Of a stretch of 64,000 bases of DNA, positions 10,853 through 23,968 are shown piece by piece; position 1 is the stretch's first letter, and every line of letters begins with the position of its first letter. This DNA comes from Octopus vulgaris (lineage: Eukaryota), in NCBI GenBank assembly GCA_951406725.2, contig OX597814.1:186620001-186684000 (forward strand), read 5' to 3'. A program made the position numbers and the translations under genes. A model generated the notes under the pieces. The model saw only the letters and a program-made list of their open reading frames with translations, was not told where the DNA came from and made no database searches.

Positions 10853-12844
10853 TAAGTTTCCTTTGCCTAAGACAAATCGCTACAACAATTATGCTAGTAA
10901 GTATATTTCACCATTTTTCAGTCTTGTAGATGATTACTTGGTGAGAGATTACATCAATCTCAGAATTACTTTCTGGCCTCCACTGCAACTCACATCTCGC
11001 TAGATAACGGCTTTTGTGTGCTGTAAGGTTTTATGTTCAGGTAATCTATCAAATATCTTCCTCCATTTCTGCTCTGTAGCTCAACCTTAAATAGATAACA
11101 TGATGGACTATGGCTTTTGCATTTGTGAGCCCGCTGTATAACAGAAAAGCTTACAAGGTAGACAATGCAATGCTGCATTCCAGAACTGAATGCAACACAA
11201 TGATCGCTTTTGCTTTCACCATTTGGAGTTCTTACTTTCAGTTATTAAAATTATTTTTTCGGTAAAATCATTAAGGAAATTTTAATCATATATTCTACGA
11301 TTTTTTACTCGGGATAATTAATGAGTAAAGCCTAACACCAACACCATATGTTTTAGGTTTGTTTTCTGTTGAGTGATGACTCTTGCTATGACGTATATTT
11401 CTGTCTGTGCGCCAGGGTTTTCTAGTCCGGCTGACATTCCATACTGATCTTTTATCTTACACATAATGTTGTGAGTAAACTCTCTAGTGGTGCTAGTATC
11501 CCCTGGGTCTCGGCTTATTCACTGGATCCTTATACTGATTATCGCACTGCTATCCAAACTCAAATAACCTCCAATAAACCCTAATCGCCACCTTCTCCCT
11601 TTCTTACTGAGTTCACAAATATTTTGTACAAGTCAGATGACATGTCAGAAATTCTGAAAAGAATCTTTAAAAAATAACAAGTTGCTCAAAACCCACTAAA
11701 CCAATCTACTATTTCAGAGGGTTTTAGGTTGGAATTTTGGGCAAAAATTTTGGAACATACAGCTTCACATTTCCGGATTGTTACTTCTTTTGTTCATGAT
11801 TTCTGATTATCTGTGAAGTGTCTTACTAGTATAAAAACTATAGTTACTTCTGTATTTTCCATTTTCTGTACCAAACATTAGCTATTACACTAATAATGCA
11901 TTAATTATAACTTAATAACATATTCATTTATTCTAATAATGTATATAGAAAAGAAAATAAGTTGTGCACAAAATGAATATTTGAGATGGAGCTGGATGTG
12001 AGGATGAATTTAGATATTTAAGTTCTTAGTAATTCTGATTTTTTTTCCCCAAAATATAAACTTATATAGTAAATTAGTAGAGTAATGTTATCATTACAAA
12101 GTGTTATAATTCACCAAGTGCTATTTTTTTTAGAAAAAAACATTTAAAGAAAAATGAAGATTACTGAGAGATCTTTAACTATTGTTCAACACGACTGTAA
12201 AAATCAGGGAAAATACTTATTTTTAGAGTATCTACAAAAGAACATAGCTACACTATAATTACTTGTTTCTTATCACTTCTGTAATACATTATGAAAGTAA
12301 AATTAAATTTTTTTCTTTTGCTTAAATTTCATCGACATCCACTTATAATTAACGATTTGAACGAGTCACGAATTAATAGATGCAAATAATTAATTTACAA
12401 AATTCAATTTTGTTGTTTTAGTTGCGTGCAATTCAAATTAAAACTTTTAATTAAAAACTCTAATACTGATACTGTTAATAAGATACCGAGAATAAGATAT
12501 TGATAAGTGATAACAATAATACACTGCATTATTTAACAAAACAATTCATTATTTTGATACGAATTTTAACTTTGATGCTTAGCTTAATAGGAATATTATA
12601 CTAGACCTATGTAAATAAGTGTTAGTCAATACGCTGATCTGACAAGTTAAAACTTAGCTTACAAAATATTGTACGTCATTTGCATTATTGAATGAAAGCG
12701 AGATTGCTACAAAGAGATTAACCTTAATATTCATGAGAATTGATGATTAAGCAATTACAAAAATTTGTTTGCATTGAACATTGAAGACAGAAGTATATGG
12801 CGGTCGACGTTAGTCCTGGCTACTCATCAATGAATATGAAACAA

Positions 12845-12960
12845 CCCTTTCTACTATAGGCACAAGGCGACTTCGGTGGAATTTGAAGTCAGAACGTAAG
12901 GACGGACAAAATGCCTCGAAGCATTTTGTCCGGCGTGCTAACGTTTCTGCTAGCTCGCTG
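12845..12960 (-). mobile_element. SINE family A fragment
   Basis: Reverse complement of the gcgagctagcagaaacgttagcacgccgg head. Confidence 0.75.
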
Positions 12961-13386
12961 CATTAATGAATAAGAAATAAGGAAACGGAAATAGTTTAGG
13001 CTATTTAAAGATGTTCGGCATCTTCTACTTGGTCATGTATTTGGTTGCTAGGTTTTGGTACTACGTTAGATGATTGGTCATAGGGCTGGTAATGTCGATA
13101 TCCTCCGTTCATAAGGACGGTTGTAAGTAGAGAATTTTGCTTTAGAGTAAGTCTTATGGCTGGTAGCGTTTTTAACAGAGAAACCTAAAGCAGGCGACTT
13201 CTCTTTAGGCTTTTCATATAGTTGGCAGTACTGTCCATCGTTCGTTCTTTTTAGCAGATGTCAGCAGACGTTTTTATTAATCACATAACTGTGTTGACCA
13301 TGACATGCGCTTCTTTTAACAAAATTTCAGGCTGTAGCAAAAAAGATTATGACTATTATTATTGTTATTGTTACTATTACTTTCAA

Positions 13387-13605
13387 GTCGGCAAGCAGGC
13401 AGAATTGTTAGCGCGTCGGTCAAAGTTCCTGGCGGCATTTCTTTCGGCTTTTTACGTTCTTAGTTTAAAATCCACCGAAGTTGACTTTGCCTTACTTCCT
13501 TTCGGGGTCGATAAAATAGTACCGGTTGAGCCCTGGTGTCAATGTTATCGACTAATCCTCTTCCCCTAAAAATATTGCTGGCCTTATGCCAAAATTTGAA
13601 AGAAT
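13387..13605 (+). mobile_element. SINE family A
   Basis: tRNA-like head plus gactttgcctt..cctttcggggtcgataaaat body plus ggccttatgccaaaatttgaa tail; preceded by an (ATT)-rich run. Confidence 0.85.
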
Positions 13606-13852
13606 GATTATCAGTGTTTCTTTTTTCATACTGGGTAAATTCTGTAACTAGCTGTATCATCCATATCTCGATAAGAACGGGAAAGATCAAGAATAAATCA
13701 TGTAGGAAAGAAAATTATATAAAACACAGGCACACGCACTTAGACACACAGTAAATGGCGTGTTAAAACTATTGATATGTTTCGAGGCTCTGACGATTAA
13801 ATGTAATGGGGTGGAATTATCTTGGTGGGGAAAGAGAGAGAGATAGATAGAT

Positions 13853-13906
<54 letters not shown>

Positions 13907-14280
13907 TGTGTGTGTGTGTGTGTGTGTACATCACTCGAATGTATGTGATGGGGGTGTTTTGTAAAGAAAAGGGATGGGGAAAGAAAAGCAAGAAGTGATG
14001 TTTCATGTGAAGCGTAACGCCTCTTGTCATAGAATAGATGCTTGGGGAGAGACTCAGTGGGTATTTTTATTGATTGAATGTGTGTGCGTGAGCGAAGTTA
14101 GCAAGGTAGTATAAATACCTGGTTTGGAGGAACGTTGCTTGACGGCAATGATCCACGTGTGTATGTGAGAGAGAAAGATAGGGGGAGCAAGAGTGCGTGT
14201 GCGTGCGCGCGCAATTTATGAAGCTATGTACTCAGATACATATATATAATATAATATAATATAATATATATATATATATA

Positions 14281-14651
14281 CTAGCAGTATCGCCCGGCGT
14301 TGCTCGGGTTTGTAAGGGAAATAACTATATAAGCATTTTTAGAGAGTTATAGCAAAAAAATGCATTAAAAATGGGGAAAAAATTATGGTAAATTTTTTTT
14401 AAATCGTTGACACACCGTAGACATTTTTAGAGAGTTACTTCCCTTATATAATAGCGAAAAAATGCATTGAAATGGGGAAAGAATGATGGTAATTTTTTTT
14501 TTAAATCGTAGACTCATCGTAGACGCGCGCTAATACCCAGAAGGGCTCGATATGAATCACGACTATAAGATACCCGGTTTTGGTTAAACTGCACCGCAAA
14601 ATGTGGGAGTAGTTAGGAATCTAAATCGTAGGAGACAGACACACAACCTTA

Positions 14652-14660
<9 letters not shown>
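14281..14660 (-). mobile_element. Non-autonomous Helitron, same family as 1105-1410, with internal ~90-bp duplication
   Basis: ctagcagtatcgcccggcgttgctcggg terminus; other end runs into a ~250-bp (TA)n array. Confidence 0.87.
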
Positions 14661-14907
<247 letters not shown>

Positions 14908-15137
14908 AGTTGGTTGTCATAATAAAACTCAAAGTTTCGGATGCCAGGGCTGAAGTCTGCTCCGGCATCTCATCAGTTATTAAGATAAACAAAAACGCTA
15001 TGAATTTTTAAAAATCCATTGAATAAAGGGAAACTACTCCAATAGGCATTGGGAAAGTAAAACTTCGTTCATAGAATCTACATATGCACACATGTACACA
15101 TATACACGTTCGCACACACACACACACACACACATGC

Positions 15138-15178
<41 letters not shown>

Positions 15179-15764
15179 TACTCACACGCGTGTACATATA
15201 CGTACAAACACACACACACACACATATATGTCTATACATATGTAAACATACATACATACATTACACGCACATACACACGTATATATACCCATGCATGCAT
15301 CATTATGTTCATATACACAGCTCTATACGCACATGCACATACATACGCGGTTAAATGTATATACAAATAAAAACATATACGCAAAAACATAAACCATAAA
15401 ACATTCACATTCGCCGCAAAACTTGAATATACATATGAGCTGTATATGCATGTACACAAATACACCCTCCTGTCTGTCAAACACATCTACACCTGCAGAT
15501 ATATAAACGTGTATACATACATGTATGTATGAAGGAAGGAGACAAGAACAAGAGGCAGAGTTTTACACTCGTATATATATATAAATACAATCATTCGTAC
15601 ACATGTATATATGCACGCACATTCACACTTGATATATACTACATGCGTATATAGTTACACAATTATAAAGGGGGAAATAATATATATAAGAAATGTTAAG
15701 ACATATGAAAGGCTTGTAAGTGGACATAATATAAAAAGTGCTTCTATCTGTGATCTTGGGGGGC

Positions 15765-17545
15765 CAAAAACGTAACAAATGTTTTGCCATATGTGGACAT
15801 GACCCAAAAAGTTCAGTTCTTGAATTTAGATATGTAGCGGTGTCTAAAGAACTTTTCTAGATAAGCCAACTTTCCATATCGCAAAAAACCGCACTTCCCA
15901 CTGCCGTTGGTGTAAGGCTTACACTTGGCCAAGATGTTCCAGTGAATCTTATAGCTGACACCTTTTTCTTTTAAGGACCATATATGACTGGATAATTTGG
16001 TTGTTTTCCTTTTATCCCAGTGTCTAAAGCTTAAGGTGTGATTGAACCTGGCTTTAAAATTTCCCTCTGTGAGACCCGCATATTTCTTTGACGAAACTAT
16101 GTCCTTAGTGATTGTAGAGTCTACAGTGGCTTCATAAATGATGGCCTCGGTCATACAAACTCCATTTAGCGGGCACAAAATTTTAACTCTGTAGAAACAG
16201 CCGGCTTGATTTTGTTATTTTTGTGTGTTGTGTGAAATTATATTTTTAAAGTTAGTAATAGAACTAAAACTAATTTTCAGGTTATGCCTATTAACCCTTT
16301 CGTTACTATATTTCTGACCAAATTACACCCCTTATGTGTTTCAATTAATTTCTAACGTAATCATAAATTTAGTCTGGTTTCATTAAACAACTATAACTTT
16401 TTTATTTATTGATATATTAATCTGATTTTTGGAAGATAATTTAATGAAATATTCTCAACCAATTCTATACTATAATTTTTGTCACAAAGTGACTCTAATT
16501 GCAGGTAGATACAGGTAAATTCCACAAAATATAAAATTATTAAAATTTTGTTCAAACATCGCTATAGAAAATGGGTTATTAGCTAATATTCAATTGGGTA
16601 TACAACAAAATTTTACGATAGAATTTGTTATTCTGGGTAACTTTCTGATACCCATAATAATATTTACGGCAAAATAGTCTTAATTTCATTTAAGGTTATG
16701 GGAAACCACAAACTATCGTTTCTCTCGCTTTGTTTACGTTTAGCGTAACAGTTCGTTTTCGCCGTAATGATTTCAAATAGGCTCATTCGAAAAAGTAAAT
16801 AGAAATAGTCTGAGGCTTTACCCTTCTGGGAAAGTCTGTGGCTTGGTCCAGTTTCTTCAGAAAAATCACCGAAAGAAACAGTTTTTAAATTTTCACTCCA
16901 TTCAGGTGCCAATTCGTTTTCTTTATCGCTATCGGAGATCTCAGATTCACTGTTTTCACTTTCGGAAAATGAAACATCAGATTCATTATCAAATATCACA
17001 TGCTTTTTTTTTCAGTCATAGAGTTAGATTTATGAAGGTCTTCAGTAGAAAATCCTTCGAATTCTGACTCGCTGCTTGATATAATGAAATTCGTATCCAT
17101 TTTTTGTCAGAATTACAAATTTTGAAAACACAATAGGAACAAATTTCGGAAAAAAATCTCCCAAAATTCACGGAATTAAAATTACACTTCGATTATTGTA
17201 CAAAACTGTAGTTGAACTGTTTACGAAGTATAATACGTGTTTTCACGAATGTACTGAAGAGATTTGCTCTGATATTCTCATTTAAATATGAATAGGTAAA
17301 TTCGGGCGGCTTTGGGCGGTTTGGTAACGAAAGGGTTAAAGAACTTCCTATAATTATGATTGATTGAAAAATGCTTGTCTATAAGTGATAAGAAATATCT
17401 ACCTATATTAAGGGTCACTTTGGGGGAGTAAGGTGGTGTGAACCAGATAATTTTCCTATTCCTATTTTTCCTTTTCTTTATTTCTGGACTAATAACAGGT
17501 GTATAGGTTATTTCCTCGCTAAAACCACTATCTTTTAGAGTGTTA
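15765..17545 (-). pseudogene. Penelope-like element (Neptune-type) RT C-terminus, linker and GIY-YIG endonuclease, split by a piggyBac insertion
   Basis: RNRKIIWFTPPYS...IGRYFLSLIDKHF...RKFF|NRHNLKISFS...CPLNGVCMTEAIIYEATV...KYAGLTEGNFKARF...TKLSSHIWSLKEK...C...LNSRTEL; the frame joins across the TTAA site. Confidence 0.9.
16295..17335 (-). mobile_element. Internally deleted piggyBac element
   Basis: TTAA|ccctttcgttac ... gtaacgaaaggg|TTAA. Minus ORF 16664-16999 has an acidic N-terminus and DYFYLLF..LFEII..TNCYA...WFPITLNEIK, typical of the PGBD N-terminal region; catalytic DDD part missing. Confidence 0.9.
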
Positions 17546-17680
17546 TCAAGCGATTTTTTTTTTGGGGGGGGGGGGGAGACAAACAGACACACACACATAC
17601 ATATATATATATATACATATATACGACGGGCTTATTTCAGTTTCCGTCTACTAAATCCACTCACAAGGCTTTGATCGGAT
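17545..17680 (-). mobile_element. SINE family B fragment
   Basis: acgacgggcttatttcagtttccgtctactaaatccactcacaaggcttt is the reverse complement of the family B body. Confidence 0.8.
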
Positions 17681-18200
17681 GTGACATCTCGGCTTTCTGC
17701 CATCGACAGCTACGAATAGTTGTGTACCATTAGGGAGGTCGGTCAGGTCAGGGAATACTTCGATACTGCTCTAATCGGCTTATATCAATAATTGTATTTC
17801 CGTACCTGACCAATTTTCCTTTCCCATTTTCGGCACTTACAGAACTATTGCTTTATTTTCAGTATGATATGGCTAACACCAGCAAAGAAATGTCCACTTC
17901 TGGTGGTGCCTCTGCTGCCTTCATTTTAACCACCATCCGTTTAAGGTATGTTAGAATTAGCCACAATTCTTCACTTTTGTGGGTCGCTATTGGACAATCT
18001 TTGTTGTTGTCTTTTTTTTTCAGTTGGGAACCTCACCTCTACTGTGCCAAAGCGTCTTCCGCGGGCGACGTTTTTATACCCCTGACAGGCTGTAGGAATT
18101 TTTCAGTCTGGGCCTGCATTGCTCACTCCAGTCTCCTGGTTTTTGTTGAAATAAATTTGTAGATGATAGTTTGTTTCCTTTTTTTTTCTCTCAAGTATCT
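17680..18200 (-). pseudogene. LINE ORF1 relic (L1/Tx1-like), related to 48619-48918
   Basis: Minus translation LWLILTYLKRMVVKMKAAEAPPEVDISLL...FPDLTDLPNGTQLFVAVDGRKPRC parallels VPPELS...IPDGIYLDGAEPIRVVVEVGKAKC. Confidence 0.55.
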
Positions 18201-20554
18201 TCCTGTATTTGAACTCAGAACATAGTGATAGACGAAATACTGCTAAGCATTTCGCCCGGCGTGCTGACGATTCTGCCAGCTCGCCACCTAAATAGTAATA
18301 ATAATAATAATATTTATAATCAGCCCCTCTTTCCACTTCATATAAATAATAACCCTTACCTCTGTGGCCTTATATCCATCCTTGGCTCGCTACACCCTCA
18401 TACAAGGTAATAAGGTAAAACTGAAGCAACGAAGCCACTGTGGCAATTATTTTTAATATCAAAAGCAGTAATAATAGTATGGTAGTGTTGGCAATGATAA
18501 ATTTTACCGATATGCGCAAAGCTTTGTGAAACTGGAATTAATTAATCAGAGGCACACTAGGCAGTGTTACATGAAATGCAGGTGTGTACAATTACATTTA
18601 ACGTATTCATGTACACTCGTATATGAAAAGAGATAACGCTACAGAAATAGTCTTGAGAGAAAAATGTTGCTTATAGATAATATATGTGACAAACACACCG
18701 TTGAGCTATGACGTCAATCATAGTACATTGGTGTCTCTTTTGACACATATGTCTATAAGAAGAATGTTTCTGTCAAGACGGTTTCTGCAGTGTGTTTTTC
18801 TACGTCCGAGTGTACACAAACATGCTAAATATGACCGTATACGCGAGCGTGTGCGTGCATGTGTACAGACACATATACAAACACACGTGCACTGTCCACT
18901 TTTCTCCGTCATTAAAAGGATTTTGTAGTCGATACGTAAGAAAAAAAGTGCTATTTATAGCTCTTACAAAGACTTTTCAAGTTTTTCAATGCTTCAAGCT
19001 AACTAATGCACGCATGCGTGTGTGTGGCCATGTGCAGCACGCACCTGTATCAAGTGCGTTGAGTTATTTTAATTCTATATTGTAAAATTATTTCCTCATC
19101 CATGAAGGTTTTGCATGGGTTCGCACATGCATACACACATACACGCGCGCGCGCACTCACACACACATATACACATACGTATTTACGGACAAATATATGC
19201 GAAACTCGGAGTCGTGTTAGTGAAATTTAAGCTTTCATTAAATAATATGAGTATGTGTGCGTATGCGCATTTTATGCAATATTTCTATGAAATTTCTATC
19301 AAATTTTTTAGTGAATATTTTGTCAAAAATATTTGAAATAACTAACAAATTTTGCCTAATTTGGTATCAGAATTTGGCAAGATTAAATGATTTGTTCTTG
19401 GAACAGCTATTTTCTCAACATGAAACAGCAAATAAAATGTATCATATATTTCTTTGTTTAGTGAGATTATTTATTCCGCGAAGGAGTTTCATCTTAAATA
19501 TATGGTTATTCGTCATTGGAAGAAAATCTAAGTAGTGAAAGAGTATCTAAAGCAACTCGACAATGCCTGTGCAATATTTATATTAAGAAGTTCTACACGA
19601 GAAGAAACAAGTCAGAGTATTTATTCCTTAAAGCACAAACTATAATGTTTTCCTTAGGTGAAAAGGTTGAGGGTGTAATTTATTGCCATGGGCAAAAAAC
19701 GGTAAGCTGGGTCTGCAATATAATCCCCAGGCTAATCAATTTTATTTCCATTGTTAATGGCTTAACGAAAAGAAAAAAAAGCGGGGACGGGTCATCTATA
19801 AATATGAAATTTTCTGCCTGAGTAGGAAAGGAATATTCTGAAAGTTGTTGCGTCAACTTACTGAAGATCGCTTCCATTTACTTAAAAACAGCTTTCGCAC
19901 TAAAAGTAATACGTTAGTGTTAACATATTTAATTCGAGAGAGCATCAAAACCCCAAATAGGAATCATTATGCAGTGACGAAAAAACAATATTAATCATTA
20001 ACTAATATTATATTTAATATAAAGGCAGCGAGAATTCCGCCGTAGTCGACTTGCCTTTCATCAATCGGAGTCGATAAAATAACTGCCAGTTGAGTACAGG
20101 AATTTTTGTAATCGACTTAACCCCTACTCCCGAACTTGCTGGCCTGGTGCCAAAATTTGAAACCAATATTATATTAATTATTTCCGAAAATACTAATTAT
20201 TCTGAGCATGTTTCAGTATTATTATGACATCTATTTAATATGTCATTTCAACTTTTAACTTACTTATTTCAGCCTGTCAAACAAGTGACGTGGAATACAG
20301 CCCTGTGCTAATACTAACGGTCGCTTGAGTCATCCGGATTCCTTATCTGTATAATGGGAACAGGATATGTTTAATTGAATCAACGCATTGGTGTCAAGGA
20401 AATGAAAGTATTTATTTCATATTATTGAACCCGGACATTTAAAAAGCAAAGCAGATTTGAATCTGGATATGTAAATTAGATTAAAACAACCAATCCAGTT
20501 TTCTGAACCAAGTCCACCAATGTATATAATTAAACTGGTGTTTATTCTATTCAA

Positions 20555-20850
20555 GTGGAGGCACATGGCCGCCTAGTGGTTAGAGCAGCGGACTCGTGGT
20601 CGAGGGATCGCGGGCTCGAATCTCAGACCGGGCGATGTGTGTGTTTATGAGCGAAACACCTAAGCTCCACGCGGCTCCGGCAGAAGGTAATGGCGAACTT
20701 CTGCTGACTCTTTCGCCACAACTTTCTCTCACTCTTTCCTCTTGCAGCTCACCTACGACGGACCGGCGTCCCGTCCAGGTGGGGAACCTATACGCCAAGG
20801 AAACCGGGAAACCGGCCCTAATGAGCCAGGGATGGCTCGAGAAGGAGGTT
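20555..20850 (+). mobile_element. Full-length tRNA-derived SINE family C
   Basis: gtggaggcacatggcc..tagtggttagagcagcggactcgtggtcgagggatcgcgggctcgaatc head; approximate TSD attctattca (20544-20553, 20852-20861). Confidence 0.9.
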
Positions 20851-21129
20851 CATTCTATTCACCAGCAACACATGAATATGTACCAAAAAAAAACCGGCTA
20901 TGCGATATTTTTTGTAGTATATTTTGAGAAAAGTGCCACCAGAATAGTAGTACTTTACACACATTTACATAAGATTTTACGTGTTTGAATCTAGTATGAT
21001 TAGAGGCTTGTACATGATTATTTGATTGCACCTGTTTTTTTTTATTAGCTGTTGTTTGTTTTTGTCATTTTAAATATTGTAAAATAGGAGGATGAAGAGG
21101 CTTCCAAAGATGTTAATCTTCTGTCTAAA

Positions 21130-21700
21130 CTTCTATAAATTGACGTCTGTGGGAAAACGTGCAACTCTGAGGAAGAAGGACTGAGAAAATTGTCTATTAC
21201 AGGTAAATTCAAGGGAAATACATAAGAGTAACAAGGAGAGAGGTGAGGCTAGCACATTACGTAAAAGTAGTACCAACTTGCTAACTAAAGAAGCAAAGTC
21301 TGTATCATTAACGTCCATGAATCTGTAGCCGCATGCTGATGAATTGGTCTTTGCCAATTAGCAGAATGATCTTTTTGTTAATCTAAAATGTTTGCGCAAG
21401 CAGCAGTTGCATCATTTCAGGCAACTAAAGAGTACTTTAATGTGAGTCGCACTTGAGGTTTGTAGAAGGCCAGGAAATGAATTAGTTTTTGATCCAGAAG
21501 GGGTAACCTAGCATTTGGGATGCAGTTTTGGTATGTTATGCATGTAAGGCAGTCAAGAAAGATCTTCAGAGACTTTGACGTCAAGTATTCGTAGCGAATT
21601 CATGGGTTTAGTATGTGCTTTCATGACTTGAGAAGCTGTCGATGTGTGCAGTAATTGTGATTTTGTGTTGGTGAAGGAGACTACATTGCATTTCTGTGTT
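21130..21700 (-). pseudogene. Very decayed LINE APE-endonuclease-like relic
   Basis: Weak similarity only (LAKTNSSACGYRFMD...FASLVSK...SLLLL vs the W....T...G..L....L.QLV..PT...LDL pattern). Confidence 0.3.
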
Positions 21701-22399
21701 GGGAGCGACATTTTCAAATCGAGCGTGAGATATCTAGGTTGGATGTAGGTGTCGCCTGTGTGCGGAAGTCTCAGGCAGACTGTACGGTGGTATCATCTTA
21801 ATACGATTATATACAGTTAAAGGTAACAAATGCACGATTAATATACAAATAGAAAGGTGTAGGAGATAGGTCTGATGTACATAAGATTTGATTGCATACG
21901 GGTTGGAATCAGCACTGTCAGCTGCAACGGAGCAATCTTACGGGAATTTTCCGATATAATCGATAAAGACGAAGGAGAACTAAACAAGGAAGTTCCCATG
22001 TTAAACACTATCCAATGCGTTACCAATGTCAAGAGAACAGTATAACTTTCACCGAGCTTCTCATGGGTATATAACCTACATTTAAAGAGACAGGGTATTG
22101 AAATTGAGGTAGGGACGAGATAAAGGTAACCCGAAAAGAGGAGGTAATATGTATGGGCGTAGTGAAGGCAGCTGAAGTTATTCAGACCCAAGAGATTTTA
22201 TAAGTTGCAATGTTACAGGTGCTACTATACATATGATTGCATAGTTTCTAGGGGGTATATAATTAGGAGACTTACTTACATAAAAGCCATTACAAATATA
22301 CATAATCTGATCAGCAGGGTAGCACATGATAGAAGGGGGGGATATGATGAAGTCAGACTCTAACTAGGCAGGAGTTATCATGGGATAGTGATTACATAT

Positions 22400-22987
22400 C
22401 ATCATCATCATTGTTCGACCGTGGTCGAGACAATGGAATTTACCATGCTACGCCAGACTTCACGGTCCATCATGGCATTACGGAGGTCCTGTTGCTGGAT
22501 GCCTGTATCCCTGGAGATTACATCAGGGTAGGAGAGTGTGCGCCCTCTGGTATTGCGAGTAGATGGCTTCAAGAGAAGAGTAGAAATTACTTCTTTTTCA
22601 GCTCTACAACAATGTCCAGCAAACTGGACTCTCCTACCTTTCACAAGAGATGACACAGGTGGTAGTTTCCCATATATTTGCATTTTGGTTGGATGGCGCT
22701 TCCACGAGAGGTTTTGAGCTCTCATAAGGAGGCGAGTGTAGGTTCCATCCAACCGCCTCTCAAGCTTCTTTGATAACGTCCAGGTTTCTGAGCCATATAG
22801 TAGAATTGGTTCGACTGTGGCTTTGAAGATTTCAAGTTTGAAGTCTCTACTTAGATTTGATGACCAGATCTTATGCATGTCATTACAGGCTGACCAGGCC
22901 ATACCCTTTCTAGTTAGAAAGTCTTTTCCAGATGATGATATGTATGACCCAAGATATTTATAATCAGAAACCATAAACCATGGTTTC
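22400..22987 (-). mobile_element. 5'-truncated RTE-clade LINE (RT C-terminus)
   Basis: ORF 22408-23010: DYKYLGS, FKATVEPILLYGSETWTL, RRVQFAGHC, AMMDREVWR; stop runs straight into a (TGA)n tail; 11-bp TSD tgattacatat (22389-22399, 22988-22998). Confidence 0.93.
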
Positions 22988-23176
22988 TGATTACATATAG
23001 CACACCACATACCATAACATATAGCTTATAACATATGCAATGCAATTTAATTCACCATATAACACAATATCCCATGATTTTATTATATATAATACTAGAG
23101 AGTAAGTTTACAACGGATACGAAACCGAAATTAATTTCCACCATCAAAGTTCAAGTATGGCACCTGTTTACCTGTT

Positions 23177-23228
<52 letters not shown>

Positions 23229-23270
23229 TATATACACATACATACATACATACATACATATACACACATA

Positions 23271-23791
23271 CGAGCAGAACGCCCCCGTCCCTGTCCAATG
23301 GACGGTGCTGAGTTGTCAAACATTTAAACCAAATTTTCTCAAAACAACTTGTCCGAGTGTCCCATAGGCCTCCCCTTTGAGAAACACTGAGTTAAACTAA
23401 ATTTGAGACACCAGCAAAAGAAGAAATAGCGATAGACTTTTTTTTCTATTCCAAAGAAAAACGATTTTATTCACATAAATATGCAACCGAAGAGTTTAAA
23501 GTACCAGTAATGATAAGGCTGTTGACTGGGAGAACACAAACATGGTTTAAATAGTAAGCTTGGCAGGAAAGAAACGTGCCTTTAAGCAGTACAAAAACAA
23601 CAAAAAATGCAAGGTGCAGTTATGTACAGGTTGACGGAAGAAAAGCAGGACAAAAACGGCTTTATCGATCGCATTCTCACCTGGAATCGATTTTTATAAT
23701 TTTTTCAAGACTTATACACGTCCTGATACCGTCGGTATCTACATATTAAATTTGAGCGCAATCGGATGGAGGATGCCCGAAATCCTAGAAG

Positions 23792-23823
<32 letters not shown>

Positions 23824-23847
23824 GCAGAACGGATTTTATATAAGAGA
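23271..23847 (-). mobile_element. Non-autonomous Helitron (second family)
   Basis: Minus strand A|TCtcttatataaaa..(GT)n 5' end; 3' hairpin gtccattggac then ctgCTCG|T (CTAG variant). Confidence 0.65.
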
Positions 23848-23851
23848 TATA

Positions 23852-23968
23852 GAGCAAGTAGAAAGATAAATTTTATTCAACGTGTGGATATTGAACAGTA
23901 TATATTTAAAGGATAAATTCCGTTTTTTTTTTTTTAAAGCAGAATAAAATTTATCTTTCTACTTGTTC
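23852..23968. mobile_element. Tiny foldback/MITE with ~27-bp TIRs, TA-flanked
   Basis: gagcaagtagaaagataaattttattc ... gaataaaatttatctttctacttgttc (1 mismatch). Confidence 0.75.

Larger units (their letters stand above)
7420..11300 (-). pseudogene. Decayed hAT-superfamily transposase (ZMYM1/Ac-like), C-terminal part duplicated, interrupted by SINEs and a MITE
   Basis: Minus strand YPNVYIAL...ALPVTVAAAERSF (hATC dimerisation motif) at ~7440-7520 and ~8925-9005; DCCEQGYDNVANLSE (cf. CRGQGYDNGANMSG) at ~10030-10075; weak N-terminal similarity ~10860-11170. Confidence 0.75.
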
